Position numbers and translations under genes: made by a program. Shown piece by piece: positions 17,738 to 25,974 of a stretch of 32,787 bases of DNA. The notes beneath the pieces were generated by a model. That model saw only the letters and a list, made by a program, of their open reading frames with translations, was not told the origin of the DNA and did no database searches. The stretch is from a virus (taxonomy: Duplodnaviria > Caudoviricetes): positions 1-32,787 of the IMG/VR virus record IMGVR_UViG_3300044621_000416; one strand, given 5' to 3'. How positions within the stretch are numbered: the first letter of the stretch is position 1; each line of letters starts with the position of its first letter.

Positions 17738-19295
17738 TGTTAATAACTTCAGATGCTTGCGGGTTCTTGGTGGGATCAGCAATGGGCGACGACAGCATCT
17801 GACCTGCTTGCTTGGTCAGCTCCATGCCTTGCTGAACCTGCATGTTCTGCTGCATCTCAGACTTCTGTTGATCAACACTCTTGACGAGGTTAAGAACATC
17901 AATCCCTTGTGCAGCTGCAAGACGTTTAATGGCTTCATCAGGATTGATGAAACGCATCATTGCCTCAGGGCCAATGGTTTGAGCTATGGTAGTAATGAAA
18001 GTCGTCAACGACTCTCGATCCTGACCACGACCCAAAGCGTTGATACCTGCAACGATGGTTGGCTTGACCAGATCCTTAGGGATGCGGGGAAGCTCACCAG
18101 AGCGTTGAAGAACCAGCAGTTTGCGGTTGAGATAAGGGATAAGGAATTCAGCAGTCAGCAGACTGAACAGTCCACCCAGCTGCTGCTCCAGTTCAAGTTG
18201 AGTGAGGCGGACCTCTTCAGCGGTTGTGCGTTCGCTTTGACGAACCGACAACACGAGGAAGGCTTCAGAGAGTCGACGCTCAAGAGTGGCCATCATGTTG
18301 GCAGCCGTAGCAAAGTCTGCGGTCTTACCAACCTGGATCACACCAATGTCATCAGGTCGCCCTTGGACGATGGCACCGTTGCCTGCCTGGGCGATGGTCT
18401 GGGGTTTGGTCGTGCTTGAGGGTGATACCACGAAGACGACCTTGGCAGCTGCTGCAGAGCCTTCTGTGAGGGCCTGAGCGAGTGCTTCAAGAGAGCGGAA
18501 GTCACCAAGGAATTCCTCCACCCTGCCCCTTCCATAGTTCTCACCATCAACGGTGTTGAACCTCAGGACAAGGAACGGGCTGGCTTCTTTGGGAGCCTTG
18601 CCTTCGGTACCAGGGATGCGCTTATCAAACGCTTCCTGATGCCAAAGCCAACGGTTGTTGTCAAGACGAACATGGGTGTAGACCTCAACATCACCATCAG
18701 TCATGGTTCCATTGCCACCAATATCACCAGGGTGATTGGGCTTAGAATCCATCTCTAGAAAGTTCTGAGGTAGGAGACTGCGATTAATCAGCTCCTTAGT
18801 AACAATCTCAATGACGTTACCACTGCCATCTCGTTCAACGACATAGCGATTCAATGGATAGTGCTTGAGCCCATCCTTGCCCATGTACAGCAGGGCGTTA
18901 CCACCAACGACCAAATGCTTGATAGCTTGGTGAACAGTAACTCGATCACTAGAAGCAGCAATCGAATCCATCACCATCCGTTCAAGCTTGGCAAAGCTAA
19001 GGTCAAGTTCGGAGCGGATCTCAGCAGGCAGGTCAGTGCCCAGCTTGTCATCACGGACTTGAAGCTTGAAGAAGGTGGTCTGCGGAGGAAGCAATGACAG
19101 CATGAGTTTTGCTGCCAACGTCACCACACACTTTGCACCTACGGATTGCCAAGGAGTTGGGAGTTTTTGCCAGGATGTACGACCCTCATCATTTTGGATG
19201 AGGTAAGGAAGGGTCAACCTAGAGCATTGAACCGCAACGTCGAGAAACTGAGCACGGTTGCGTGTCAGTTGATCGTACCTAGATCGTGCGGCCAT
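17658..19295 (-). CDS. Head-to-tail connector (portal, gp8-like)
   Basis: PWQSVGAK.V..LA.KLML.LLPP, GENYGRG.VEE.LGD, RQSERTTAEEVR, LGRGQD motifs. Confidence 0.96.
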   Translation of the reverse strand: MAARSRYDQLTRNRAQFLDVAVQCSRLTLPYLIQNDEGRTSWQKLPTPWQSVGAKCVVTLAAKLMLSLLPPQTTFFKLQVRDDKLGTDLPAEIRSELDLSFAKLERMVMDSIAASSDRVTVHQAIKHLVVGGNALLYMGKDGLKHYPLNRYVVERDGSGNVIEIVTKELINRSLLPQNFLEMDSKPNHPGDIGGNGTMTDGDVEVYTHVRLDNNRWLWHQEAFDKRIPGTEGKAPKEASPFLVLRFNTVDGENYGRGRVEEFLGDFRSLEALAQALTEGSAAAAKVVFVVSPSSTTKPQTIAQAGNGAIVQGRPDDIGVIQVGKTADFATAANMMATLERRLSEAFLVLSVRQSERTTAEEVRLTQLELEQQLGGLFSLLTAEFLIPYLNRKLLVLQRSGELPRIPKDLVKPTIVAGINALGRGQDRESLTTFITTIAQTIGPEAMMRFINPDEAIKRLAAAQGIDVLNLVKSVDQQKSEMQQNMQVQQGMELTKQAGQMLSSPIADPTKNPQASEVINNALGYQAVPPTEGTPQQAQGGEAAPA

Positions 19296-19299
19296 TTAA

Positions 19300-19605
19300 T
19301 CAACCAATGTTTACGTTACTATTGGAACCAGAACCACCAGTATTCAAAGGGATACGGAGAGCCGCAACACCTTTGTTAATACCTTGAGTGGACTTACGCT
19401 TGGACATGGAACTCTTCACACCACCACTGGATGCGAGAGTCGAATTAACAGTTGCCGGAGGAGGCGTGAACTTAGGCTTAATAGCTTCAGCTTGAGCCTG
19501 CATTGCCTTCATGCGGTTCTCGCCTTCAACTGCAATGCGGTTCGCTTCACGCTTGGCCTCTTCAGCCCGGTGCTCAGCCTGGCGGCTGGCGTTACCAAAA
19601 CACAT
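19300..19605 (-). CDS. Small virion protein upstream of portal (gp6.7/gp7.3-like position)
   Basis: MCF start, C-terminal G.AALRIPL...G.NI pattern typical of the gene before the portal. Confidence 0.7.
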   Translation of the reverse strand: MCFGNASRQAEHRAEEAKREANRIAVEGENRMKAMQAQAEAIKPKFTPPPATVNSTLASSGGVKSSMSKRKSTQGINKGVAALRIPLNTGGSGSNSNVNIG

Positions 19606-19609
19606 GATC

Positions 19610-19852
19610 TTAATTGGTAGAACGTGGAATACGTAGTCGGGTTAAGCCAGTGTTGGCTGTACGACTAGAGTTGCTAGTAGATGCACCAACCTTCACCTGA
19701 GAGTTGGATGATCCAGTAGAGGTTGGAGTTCCTGTACCTCCACCGGAGACAAAGTCTTTAGCGGTATTTTTAGATTGCGTAGACTTAGCTTGCTGATCGT
19801 CGCTAATCTTTTTACTGATAATAGACTCAGCAAAAGGCCTGATCATACACAT
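19610..19852 (-). CDS. Small Ser/Thr-rich putative virion protein
   Basis: MC start and C-terminal GLTRLRIP; tightly packed. Confidence 0.6.
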   Translation of the reverse strand: MCMIRPFAESIISKKISDDQQAKSTQSKNTAKDFVSGGGTGTPTSTGSSNSQVKVGASTSNSSRTANTGLTRLRIPRSTN

Positions 19853-19853
19853 T

Positions 19854-20045
19854 TTAAATCTCCTCTTCAGAGATACGGCTTGCTATCCATTCAACAATTG
19901 AACGCTGACCACTCTTGTACATGATCATGTTGATTGGATCATTAGGTTGTGGCAGGAACTGAGGAAAGTTATCCTCAAGCTCTGCCAACAACGCTTGAAC
20001 AGTAAGCCCAAGATTAAGCGTACTGTGGGAGGTTTGGATTTGCAT
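19854..20045 (-). CDS. Conserved hypothetical protein (gp6.5-like position)
   Basis: L..ELE..FP...P......IMY.SGQRS.VEWI pattern; ATG at 20045 preferred. Confidence 0.7.
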   Translation of the reverse strand: MQIQTSHSTLNLGLTVQALLAELEDNFPQFLPQPNDPINMIMYKSGQRSIVEWIASRISEEEI

Positions 20046-20730
20046 GTTCAAAGAACGCTGGCATACGAGCACGTTTGGTCTCGGAAAGCTCGGGAGCTTT
20101 GCCCTCGTACATCAGACGATCACTTGCATCCAGCCAAAATTTTTTGTTCAGATATTTATTGGTGTGTACCCCAGTAAGGGGTTGCATCACCCAATTAATG
20201 GTTGCTTTCCTGAGCTTATCGAGAGAAGGACTCCAATCGAGACCAAGCTCACGACATACCAGGCTATTCGTTGCCACATGGACTTGCTCATCACGACTGA
20301 TATCGGCGCTTACTGTTCGGAGACCAGCGTCACCATTAAAGCGGAAGAATGGGAGTAGAACAAAGAAAATTGCACGCTCGGCCACCATCGCCTTGAGGAC
20401 CGTGTGATCTGGATGCGAGACCCAAGCATCCCTGAGTCTCTTTGCTTCCTCTTCAGCTTTCTCGTCCATCCCAATAGCGTTGGCGATGTAACCGAGAGCC
20501 AGGTCGTGTTTTTCTTCGTCCCGGATATTGGACAAAAGGAGATCCCTTGCCATTTCTGGAACTTCATGTTTCAAAGCCTCATGGATAAAGTCACCAACCG
20601 GCAGTTCCATATGACGGATAGCAAGGGCACGGAAGATAGTCTCTTCCGCACCTTCTGCCAACTTGCCAGCTGTGGTCTGGACAGGGGTCCAGGTTCGTTT
20701 ACGAGTCAGGAGTTTTTGATAAGGGTTCAT
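20014..20730 (-). CDS. Ribonucleotide reductase small (ferritin-like) subunit, Cyano-SP / class O-slash type
   Basis: Di-metal ligand pattern MELPV, DEEKH, AERAIFF, DEQVH; ATGA-coupled to the large subunit. Confidence 0.82.
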   Translation of the reverse strand: MNPYQKLLTRKRTWTPVQTTAGKLAEGAEETIFRALAIRHMELPVGDFIHEALKHEVPEMARDLLLSNIRDEEKHDLALGYIANAIGMDEKAEEEAKRLRDAWVSHPDHTVLKAMVAERAIFFVLLPFFRFNGDAGLRTVSADISRDEQVHVATNSLVCRELGLDWSPSLDKLRKATINWVMQPLTGVHTNKYLNKKFWLDASDRLMYEGKAPELSETKRARMPAFFEHANPNLPQYA

Positions 20731-22112
20731 TCGCCGCAATTACACTGTGGAGCAGGATCGTTGAGAATCGACTCCAGGTAATCGTCCACCTCAGACTCAT
20801 CCAATGCAGCATATGCACTGGTCTTGTCTTGCGTGTCACCCATTACCTGAAGCGAGTAGTAAAGGGAGGTCTGCGGAGATTGCAGCCACTCTTCAATAAA
20901 CGCTTCGTCATAGGTGATCACATCAGACCAACTATTGAAGCTGTAACCGTGAAGAAGTCCCGTGCTGTTCAGCATCTGCATGATGCCGTCAGCAACTCGT
21001 TTGTAGTCCTCCCAGCCGACTTCACTGGCAACCTCAACGTCGCCATAGTCGTAGCTCTGCACACCAAAGGTGCCGGAGTCACGGTCAACATGACGTGAGA
21101 TGGGAGGGGCGATCTCAGGACAGGTAGTGAACCCATCGAGATCGGTATAGCGGTAGCTGCAGGAAGCCGTAGGGGCAATGGCAAAAGCCCGCTCCATTCG
21201 GTTGACCTTGGCCACTTGGGCTGCAGCAATAATCCCAGCCCGCAGTTCGTGGGCCAGGACAGAAGCAGGGGTGTGAGCATGGGGTTCCTTGGCATTCATA
21301 GCCTCCAGAGCCTTACCAAACTCTTTGTACGTCACACCGGAGCGACGGAGCAGGTTAGCCAGTCCGAGCATTCCCAGACCGACCTGGCGATCCGTCTCCG
21401 CAGGGAGGTACTCTCTGCTATCTCCAACGCCTGTTTTGGCATGGAGGGCGCACAGCTCAGACATTCCGTTGACAAATGCACTTTGAATGTCATTGAGTTC
21501 GCATGCGCCAAGGTTGACATGTTGCAGTAGACAGGTTCCCCGTGAAGGCAGGTACACTTCCAGGCAAACGTTTCCCCGGATTCGATTTCCATTTCGATCT
21601 ACCTTTGTTTTGTTCAACCAAATGTCGCCTTGCCGGATACCCTGCAGCAGAGCATCCTTTACTTGTTGCGTCGCTTCGTTCCACCAATGCGGGTTAATAT
21701 TGACGCAACGCTTGATCCAAGGTAGATCAGCCCGGCTAGCAGTAATAAACTCCAGCACATCGGGATGATTAAGATCAAGATGAGCAACCACGGCTCCATT
21801 TTTGTACACCCCGCCTCTGCGAAGAATTTCGTTTAGGGTTGAATAGATCTTGGCAAACGACACAGGGCCAGAAGCCACAAGACCTTTGCCATTCTCTGCA
21901 CCTTTTGGACGAAGCTTGCTGAGATGAACAGCAACTCCCGCTCCATAGCGGAGAGCATGGCTAACAAAACGCCATGATGCTTCAATCCCGTTTGGTCCTT
22001 CCATCTCATCCTCCACCACGAACACGGTGCAGGAGACGGGTAAACGAGAGGTGGGGTCGTCGATCCAAGACTGCACCCGCCCAGTGCGGGCGATGAGTTC
22101 TTTAGTGGACAT
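20727..22112 (-). CDS. Ribonucleotide reductase large subunit, minimal (461 aa)
   Basis: PVSCT, GAGVAVHLS.LRP, GNVCLE (NxCxE finger loop), GTCLL, VGLGMLGLA, IAPTAS and C-terminal CNC; start MSTKELIART at 22112. Confidence 0.93.
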   Translation of the reverse strand: MSTKELIARTGRVQSWIDDPTSRLPVSCTVFVVEDEMEGPNGIEASWRFVSHALRYGAGVAVHLSKLRPKGAENGKGLVASGPVSFAKIYSTLNEILRRGGVYKNGAVVAHLDLNHPDVLEFITASRADLPWIKRCVNINPHWWNEATQQVKDALLQGIRQGDIWLNKTKVDRNGNRIRGNVCLEVYLPSRGTCLLQHVNLGACELNDIQSAFVNGMSELCALHAKTGVGDSREYLPAETDRQVGLGMLGLANLLRRSGVTYKEFGKALEAMNAKEPHAHTPASVLAHELRAGIIAAAQVAKVNRMERAFAIAPTASCSYRYTDLDGFTTCPEIAPPISRHVDRDSGTFGVQSYDYGDVEVASEVGWEDYKRVADGIMQMLNSTGLLHGYSFNSWSDVITYDEAFIEEWLQSPQTSLYYSLQVMGDTQDKTSAYAALDESEVDDYLESILNDPAPQCNCGE

Positions 22113-22113
22113 T

Positions 22114-22518
22114 TTAGACAAGACTAATAAGTGAAGGTTCAAAGTAATTAGGCCCTTTGAGGATCTTTCCATCCTCACGACGTATGGGCTGACCGTCGTC
22201 TCCAAGCTTGCTCATGTTGCTAGCGTGGACTTGGTTGTAAGCAACCTGAAGATCCCAGCCAAATGCTGCTGCCATCTGGTGGCAAACGTAGACAAGATCA
22301 GCCAACTCCTTGAGCATGTGCTCACGGGCTCGCTTGTTGTTGATGTCTTCGCGGAGATCTAGATATGCGTGAGCAAGTTCAAGGTGCTCTTCATCGATCA
22401 AAGTCTGCTGCAGCTTCAACGAGGTAGTCGTCAGACCAATCGGTAGCTGATACGCTTCGCGAAACTGGTTTGCCCGCGTCTGGTATTGATCGTAGGGAGC
22501 GCAAGTTGTCAAGCTCAT
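22114..22518 (-). CDS. MazG-like / PRA-PH nucleoside triphosphate pyrophosphohydrolase
   Basis: LIDEE..E, KELADLVYV, VH.SNMSKL..DG.PI.REDGK.LKGPNY motifs. Confidence 0.88.
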   Translation of the reverse strand: MSLTTCAPYDQYQTRANQFREAYQLPIGLTTTSLKLQQTLIDEEHLELAHAYLDLREDINNKRAREHMLKELADLVYVCHQMAAAFGWDLQVAYNQVHASNMSKLGDDGQPIRREDGKILKGPNYFEPSLISLV

Positions 22519-22696
22519 TCGTTAGATAGTGGATTGCTTTTTCAAGGTCTTGCTCGGCAGACTCTTTGTAGCCTGCACGGCAAATGTATTTGATGGCATT
22601 GCCAAGGTGGAAGTTAAGGCCCTGGTCACGGATAAAGTCCCAGACTTGGATTAGTCCTCGTCGGTAGTAACTTGGGCCGATTTGGGAGCTGGCCAT
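22391..22696 (-). CDS. DUF3310 / T7 gp1.7-like protein
   Basis: GP.YY.RG.I.VWDFI.DQ.LNF.LGNAIKYI.RAG.K....DL.KA..YL signature. Confidence 0.85.
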   Translation of the reverse strand: MASSQIGPSYYRRGLIQVWDFIRDQGLNFHLGNAIKYICRAGYKESAEQDLEKAIHYLTNELDNLRSLRSIPDAGKPVSRSVSATDWSDDYLVEAAADFDR

Positions 22697-22902
22697 TTTT
22701 TAACTAGATTAGAGAGTGAGTTGCCAAGAACAAAGCACTGATGCTGCAATGCCAGGAAGATGGTGATAATGTCCTCCTTGGATGAATCAGGGTGCCTTAG
22801 CGCGTCTTCAATTTGCCTGAGCTTGAACTTCTGCTCCATTGTCATTTCGACTATTGGTGCAGGGAGGGCTCCAGAATCGGATGGAATTGGACTGAAAGTC
22901 AT
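22651..22902 (-). CDS. nblA: NblA-like phycobilisome degradation adaptor
   Basis: EMTMEQKFKLRQIE...KEDIITIFLALQHQCFVLGNSLSNLVKKW follows the NblA pattern L(S/T)xEQxFxLR ... N...L.K.W; sits right after, and overlaps, the exonuclease gene. Start uncertain (22938, 22902 or later ATGs). Confidence 0.72.
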   Translation of the reverse strand: MTFSPIPSDSGALPAPIVEMTMEQKFKLRQIEDALRHPDSSKEDIITIFLALQHQCFVLGNSLSNLVKKWPAPKSAQVTTDED

Positions 22903-23578
22903 AGTCAGTGTGTTGCAGGATTTTTGCCAAGCGGGCATTAGTCAAAGCAGTATCTTCACCAAGACCCTTTTCAGCAAATGCATCAACAACTGTTTGCCAA
23001 CTAGGACCATTCTTTTCTAATAGGGCTGCAGCGCGTTTGATTCCAATGCCTGGAACGCCTGCATAACCATCTGTCTGATCTCCACTCATTGTCTGAATAA
23101 GATGCCAAAGGTCACCTTCCTCCTTGGTGATAGTGATGACTTCGTTGGTGAAGTCGTACAGCTCTCCAGGAATCTGCTTCATGTCCTTGTCGGGTGAGCA
23201 GATAATGTGACCGGATTCCTTGGTGGCGTAGATGCCTATGGCATCATCAGCCTCCAGCGTTGGCATGACCACTACTGGGTAATCTTCAGACAGGGCGTTG
23301 ATGACTCTCCTGTAACCACACGGCTTCTTCCGATTGCGGTGGCCTTTGTATTCAGGATCGATAGTCTTACGGAAGTTAGTACTATCGCTAAAAAACAAAA
23401 TAGAATCATCATAGCAACCAAGATCAGAGGCAATTCGGTACAGCTCTTGTTGAGCCATCCTCAGTGCATCACTGAAGTTTGATGTAACTAGAATTACATC
23501 ATTACCCCAGTCGATCTCAGACTCATTGGCAGCACAGCACTTGTAAACAAGGAAGTCTGCGTCAATCAAAAGACTCAT
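22808..23578 (-). CDS. 5'-3' exonuclease (gp6-like)
   Basis: LLIDAD, YKGHR, LEADD, SPDKD, GDQTDGY.GVPGIG motifs. Confidence 0.93.
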   Translation of the reverse strand: MSLLIDADFLVYKCCAANESEIDWGNDVILVTSNFSDALRMAQQELYRIASDLGCYDDSILFFSDSTNFRKTIDPEYKGHRNRKKPCGYRRVINALSEDYPVVVMPTLEADDAIGIYATKESGHIICSPDKDMKQIPGELYDFTNEVITITKEEGDLWHLIQTMSGDQTDGYAGVPGIGIKRAAALLEKNGPSWQTVVDAFAEKGLGEDTALTNARLAKILQHTDYDFQSNSIRFWSPPCTNSRNDNGAEVQAQAN

Positions 23579-23718
23579 CGGCCTTGGCCCCGATATTTTT
23601 TCTTGCCAGGTTTAGGCAAGGATCGCAAGCCTGAGCCTTGATGAGTGTGCTTGTATTTAGCACGGGATTCAAACTGCTTTTTGGTAAGTTGTGTTTTGGA
23701 CTTGGTCTTTGGGGGCAT
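23575..23718 (-). CDS. Small basic protein (47 aa) ending KKYRGQGR
   Basis: Below cut-off; manual translation MPPKTKSKTQLTKKQFESRAKYKHTHQGSGLRSLPKPGKKKYRGQGR; ATGA overlap with exonuclease start. Confidence 0.75.
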   Translation of the reverse strand: MPPKTKSKTQLTKKQFESRAKYKHTHQGSGLRSLPKPGKKKYRGQGR

Positions 23719-24145
23719 ATCTGCTAGTGGACAAATAAGTTAAAGCTTTAAGGACTCGCTCTGGATCATCACCAAAACAACCAAGGCCACGGTTGCATCG
23801 ATCACATATGTACCCTCTGAACGAGTCAGTGGTATGGCAGTGATCAAGGATCCATGTGGTTGTGTGGTTTCCGCATATGGGGCAGGAGCCTGGAGGAGGT
23901 GGGGGAAATAGTTTCCTTAGCTTGCTCCTCAACTGACTCATCTCTGCCCTACAGGTCTTGCATGTATTCCTAATGCCTCCACCTGTTTGGTAAACATCAA
24001 AACTACTTAGAGCTTTAACCTCATTACACTTAATGCACCTCTGCCCAGTTACTGCCTGACTTAGCGTCGGCGGAAACGGGACAGCGCATGTTGTAATATT
24101 CCCCAGCAGATTGAGCTGAATAAAGGAGGATTCCTTTGAGCACAT
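23669..24145 (-). CDS. Endonuclease VII-family (HNH-like) nuclease, probable free-standing homing endonuclease
   Basis: CxxC...CxxC N-terminal Zn motif and CPICG...LDHCH....RG.IC..CN.GLG.F.DD signature. Confidence 0.85.
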   Translation of the reverse strand: MCSKESSFIQLNLLGNITTCAVPFPPTLSQAVTGQRCIKCNEVKALSSFDVYQTGGGIRNTCKTCRAEMSQLRSKLRKLFPPPPPGSCPICGNHTTTWILDHCHTTDSFRGYICDRCNRGLGCFGDDPERVLKALTYLSTSRYAPKDQVQNTTYQKAV

Positions 24146-25301
24146 CTACATTGGAAGGCTCTGTCTCAAACTGAAGTTCATCGTGAATGAACGCCAGTTG
24201 ATGAGCAGAGATAGAGTTGGTTTTAATATGGTTGTTAGCGATTACCATCCACCGCTTGGCAATGACGCCTGCTGAGGATTGCAGCAAATAGTTCAGGGCT
24301 TTGTGCCCCGACTCAACGCCGATATGGCGACCGTCGATGCTGCGAATGTAACCTCGTTTAGCAGCTGCTTTAGTAGCGTTGACGAGCTTCTCAAGGCCAG
24401 GAATGGCATCCATATAAGCTTGGCGAATGTCTCGCCCCTTCTTGATCGCCTGGTCCTTGGAAAGGCCTTGATCGTAGGAGAGCCCAATCTTTTGATCGCC
24501 AGCACCATAAAGGAATGCGTAGGTAACGGTTTTCACTAAACGTCGGCTGATGCCGATCTTGTCTGCGTTCTCCTGGTGAATGTCACCGTTGAGAAGAACA
24601 TCTGCGTAGCGGCCTCCATCGTATCTAGCCAGATAGTGGGCAAGCATTCGCAATTCAATCCCTGCGAGGTCAGCACCAACCATGCACAGGTCAGGGCTAG
24701 CGCAGAATAACTTTCTAAATTCAGCGTCACTTGGTACTTGACCTAGATTCGGCTTTCGATGAGCACATCGATGGGTGTTGGTTGCCACTGAACAGTGGTG
24801 GTGTATTCGATTGTCTTTGACAAGCTTTAGCCAGGCGTTCACACCTTCGGACAACAAGCCAAGCTGTTTGGTTAGTTCTAAGCAGCGGAAGAACTTCAGA
24901 GCAATTGGTGTACCAATATCATTGAGTACAACTTCGTCAATGGTTGGTTTACCTTTCTCAGTAAACTCGGTTGGTTTCCACTTGTAAAAAGTCTGCATCA
25001 CCCAGGCAATATGATCCCTGGATGTTGGGTTCAGATCCTTTATACGTGTGAACTCACACCCCTCAACATATCCTGAAGTTCGGTTAGCTCGCTTTGGAGT
25101 AAACGGACCGCCTGAGACAAACGGGTGCAACGATCTAAGATCATTTGCAAGTCGATCAAGCTCTCGTCTAAGTTGATTTTCAAGTTCGTAAGCGTTGCGC
25201 TCGTCGAAGTACCAGCCATGAAGCTCCTGTTGGGTGAGAATTTCTGCAACCTGATGTTCTAACTTGATGTAGTCAGGAAGTTCTTGACAAAGTAGGACCA
25301 T
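24030..25301 (-). CDS. Family A DNA polymerase, polymerase domain (gp5-like, C-terminal part)
   Basis: Motif A DLAGIELR, motif B RRLVKTVTYAFLYG (Tyr at the PolA-762-equivalent position), motif C IHDE. Confidence 0.95.
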   Translation of the reverse strand: MVLLCQELPDYIKLEHQVAEILTQQELHGWYFDERNAYELENQLRRELDRLANDLRSLHPFVSGGPFTPKRANRTSGYVEGCEFTRIKDLNPTSRDHIAWVMQTFYKWKPTEFTEKGKPTIDEVVLNDIGTPIALKFFRCLELTKQLGLLSEGVNAWLKLVKDNRIHHHCSVATNTHRCAHRKPNLGQVPSDAEFRKLFCASPDLCMVGADLAGIELRMLAHYLARYDGGRYADVLLNGDIHQENADKIGISRRLVKTVTYAFLYGAGDQKIGLSYDQGLSKDQAIKKGRDIRQAYMDAIPGLEKLVNATKAAAKRGYIRSIDGRHIGVESGHKALNYLLQSSAGVIAKRWMVIANNHIKTNSISAHQLAFIHDELQFETEPSNVDVLKGILLYSAQSAGEYYNMRCPVSADAKSGSNWAEVH

Positions 25302-25780
25302 AATTTAGTTGTAACGTTGACATCTTGAACCATGTAGTCCTCCATGTCCTGCGACCACTCTTTCCAGTCAGTGTTCTTGGCAAAGCCACCTTTGTATTCA
25401 CCAAGGCGGTAGCCCCAGGATTCCAAAGAGTGTCTGCCATAGAGCTGTGCAGGCATCTGTGGCCAGTTACGCTTACCGTCTAACTTCAACATGTCAGCGT
25501 GATAGATCCGGCTAAGGATCAACGTGTCAAGAGGTTGGGCTGATGTTTGGAAGAACGGATACAGCTTTTTGATGACTGGAAGGTCATAACCAATGGAGTT
25601 GTGGCCAATCAAAAGATCAGCCTCCATTAAGTGTGTGATGCCAGCGGTGATCGACTGCTTAGAACCTGTGTCGTTAAAGACAAAGACCTCTTTGGTCTCT
25701 AGATCCTTATAAGCTAAACAGTGGATGCAAGAAACGTCGTCATAAAGTCCATTGGTCTCAATGTCGAAGACGACTTTCAT
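25259..25780 (-). CDS. Family A DNA polymerase, 3'-5' exonuclease domain (gp5-like, N-terminal part)
   Basis: ExoI FDIETNG, ExoII GHNSIGYD, HSLESWGYRL, ExoIII YMVQD. Confidence 0.93.
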   Translation of the reverse strand: MKVVFDIETNGLYDDVSCIHCLAYKDLETKEVFVFNDTGSKQSITAGITHLMEADLLIGHNSIGYDLPVIKKLYPFFQTSAQPLDTLILSRIYHADMLKLDGKRNWPQMPAQLYGRHSLESWGYRLGEYKGGFAKNTDWKEWSQDMEDYMVQDVNVTTKLWSYFVKNFLTTSS

Positions 25781-25974
25781 TTACCAGACCAAGAAAAGGT
25801 CTTATCAATAAATTGTGCTTTCTCTATGGCTTCGGGAGTAGGAGGGTTAGGTGCTTTTAAGATCAAGCCAGTAGGGAAATGTAGGTAGCGTTGACCGCTA
25901 GAAGTCGGTGGTAGGGTCGAAGTCGTCGGCGGCTTCTGTTTCATAGAATTTACATGTGGACAGGTCGTAGTCAA
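25777..25974 (-). CDS. Small hypothetical protein (true start may be downstream, e.g. ATG 25944 or TTG 25866)
   Basis: C-terminal PNPPTPEAIEKAQFIDKTF fills the helicase-polymerase gap and is ATGA-coupled to the exonuclease domain ORF. Confidence 0.5.
   Translation of the reverse strand: MTTTCPHVNSMKQKPPTTSTLPPTSSGQRYLHFPTGLILKAPNPPTPEAIEKAQFIDKTFSWSGK

Noticed and set aside
22113-22205. 31-aa N-terminal extension of the RNR alpha ORF
   Set aside because: Lies inside the MazG-like gene; ATG at 22112 directly follows the MazG stop and begins the recognisable sequence.
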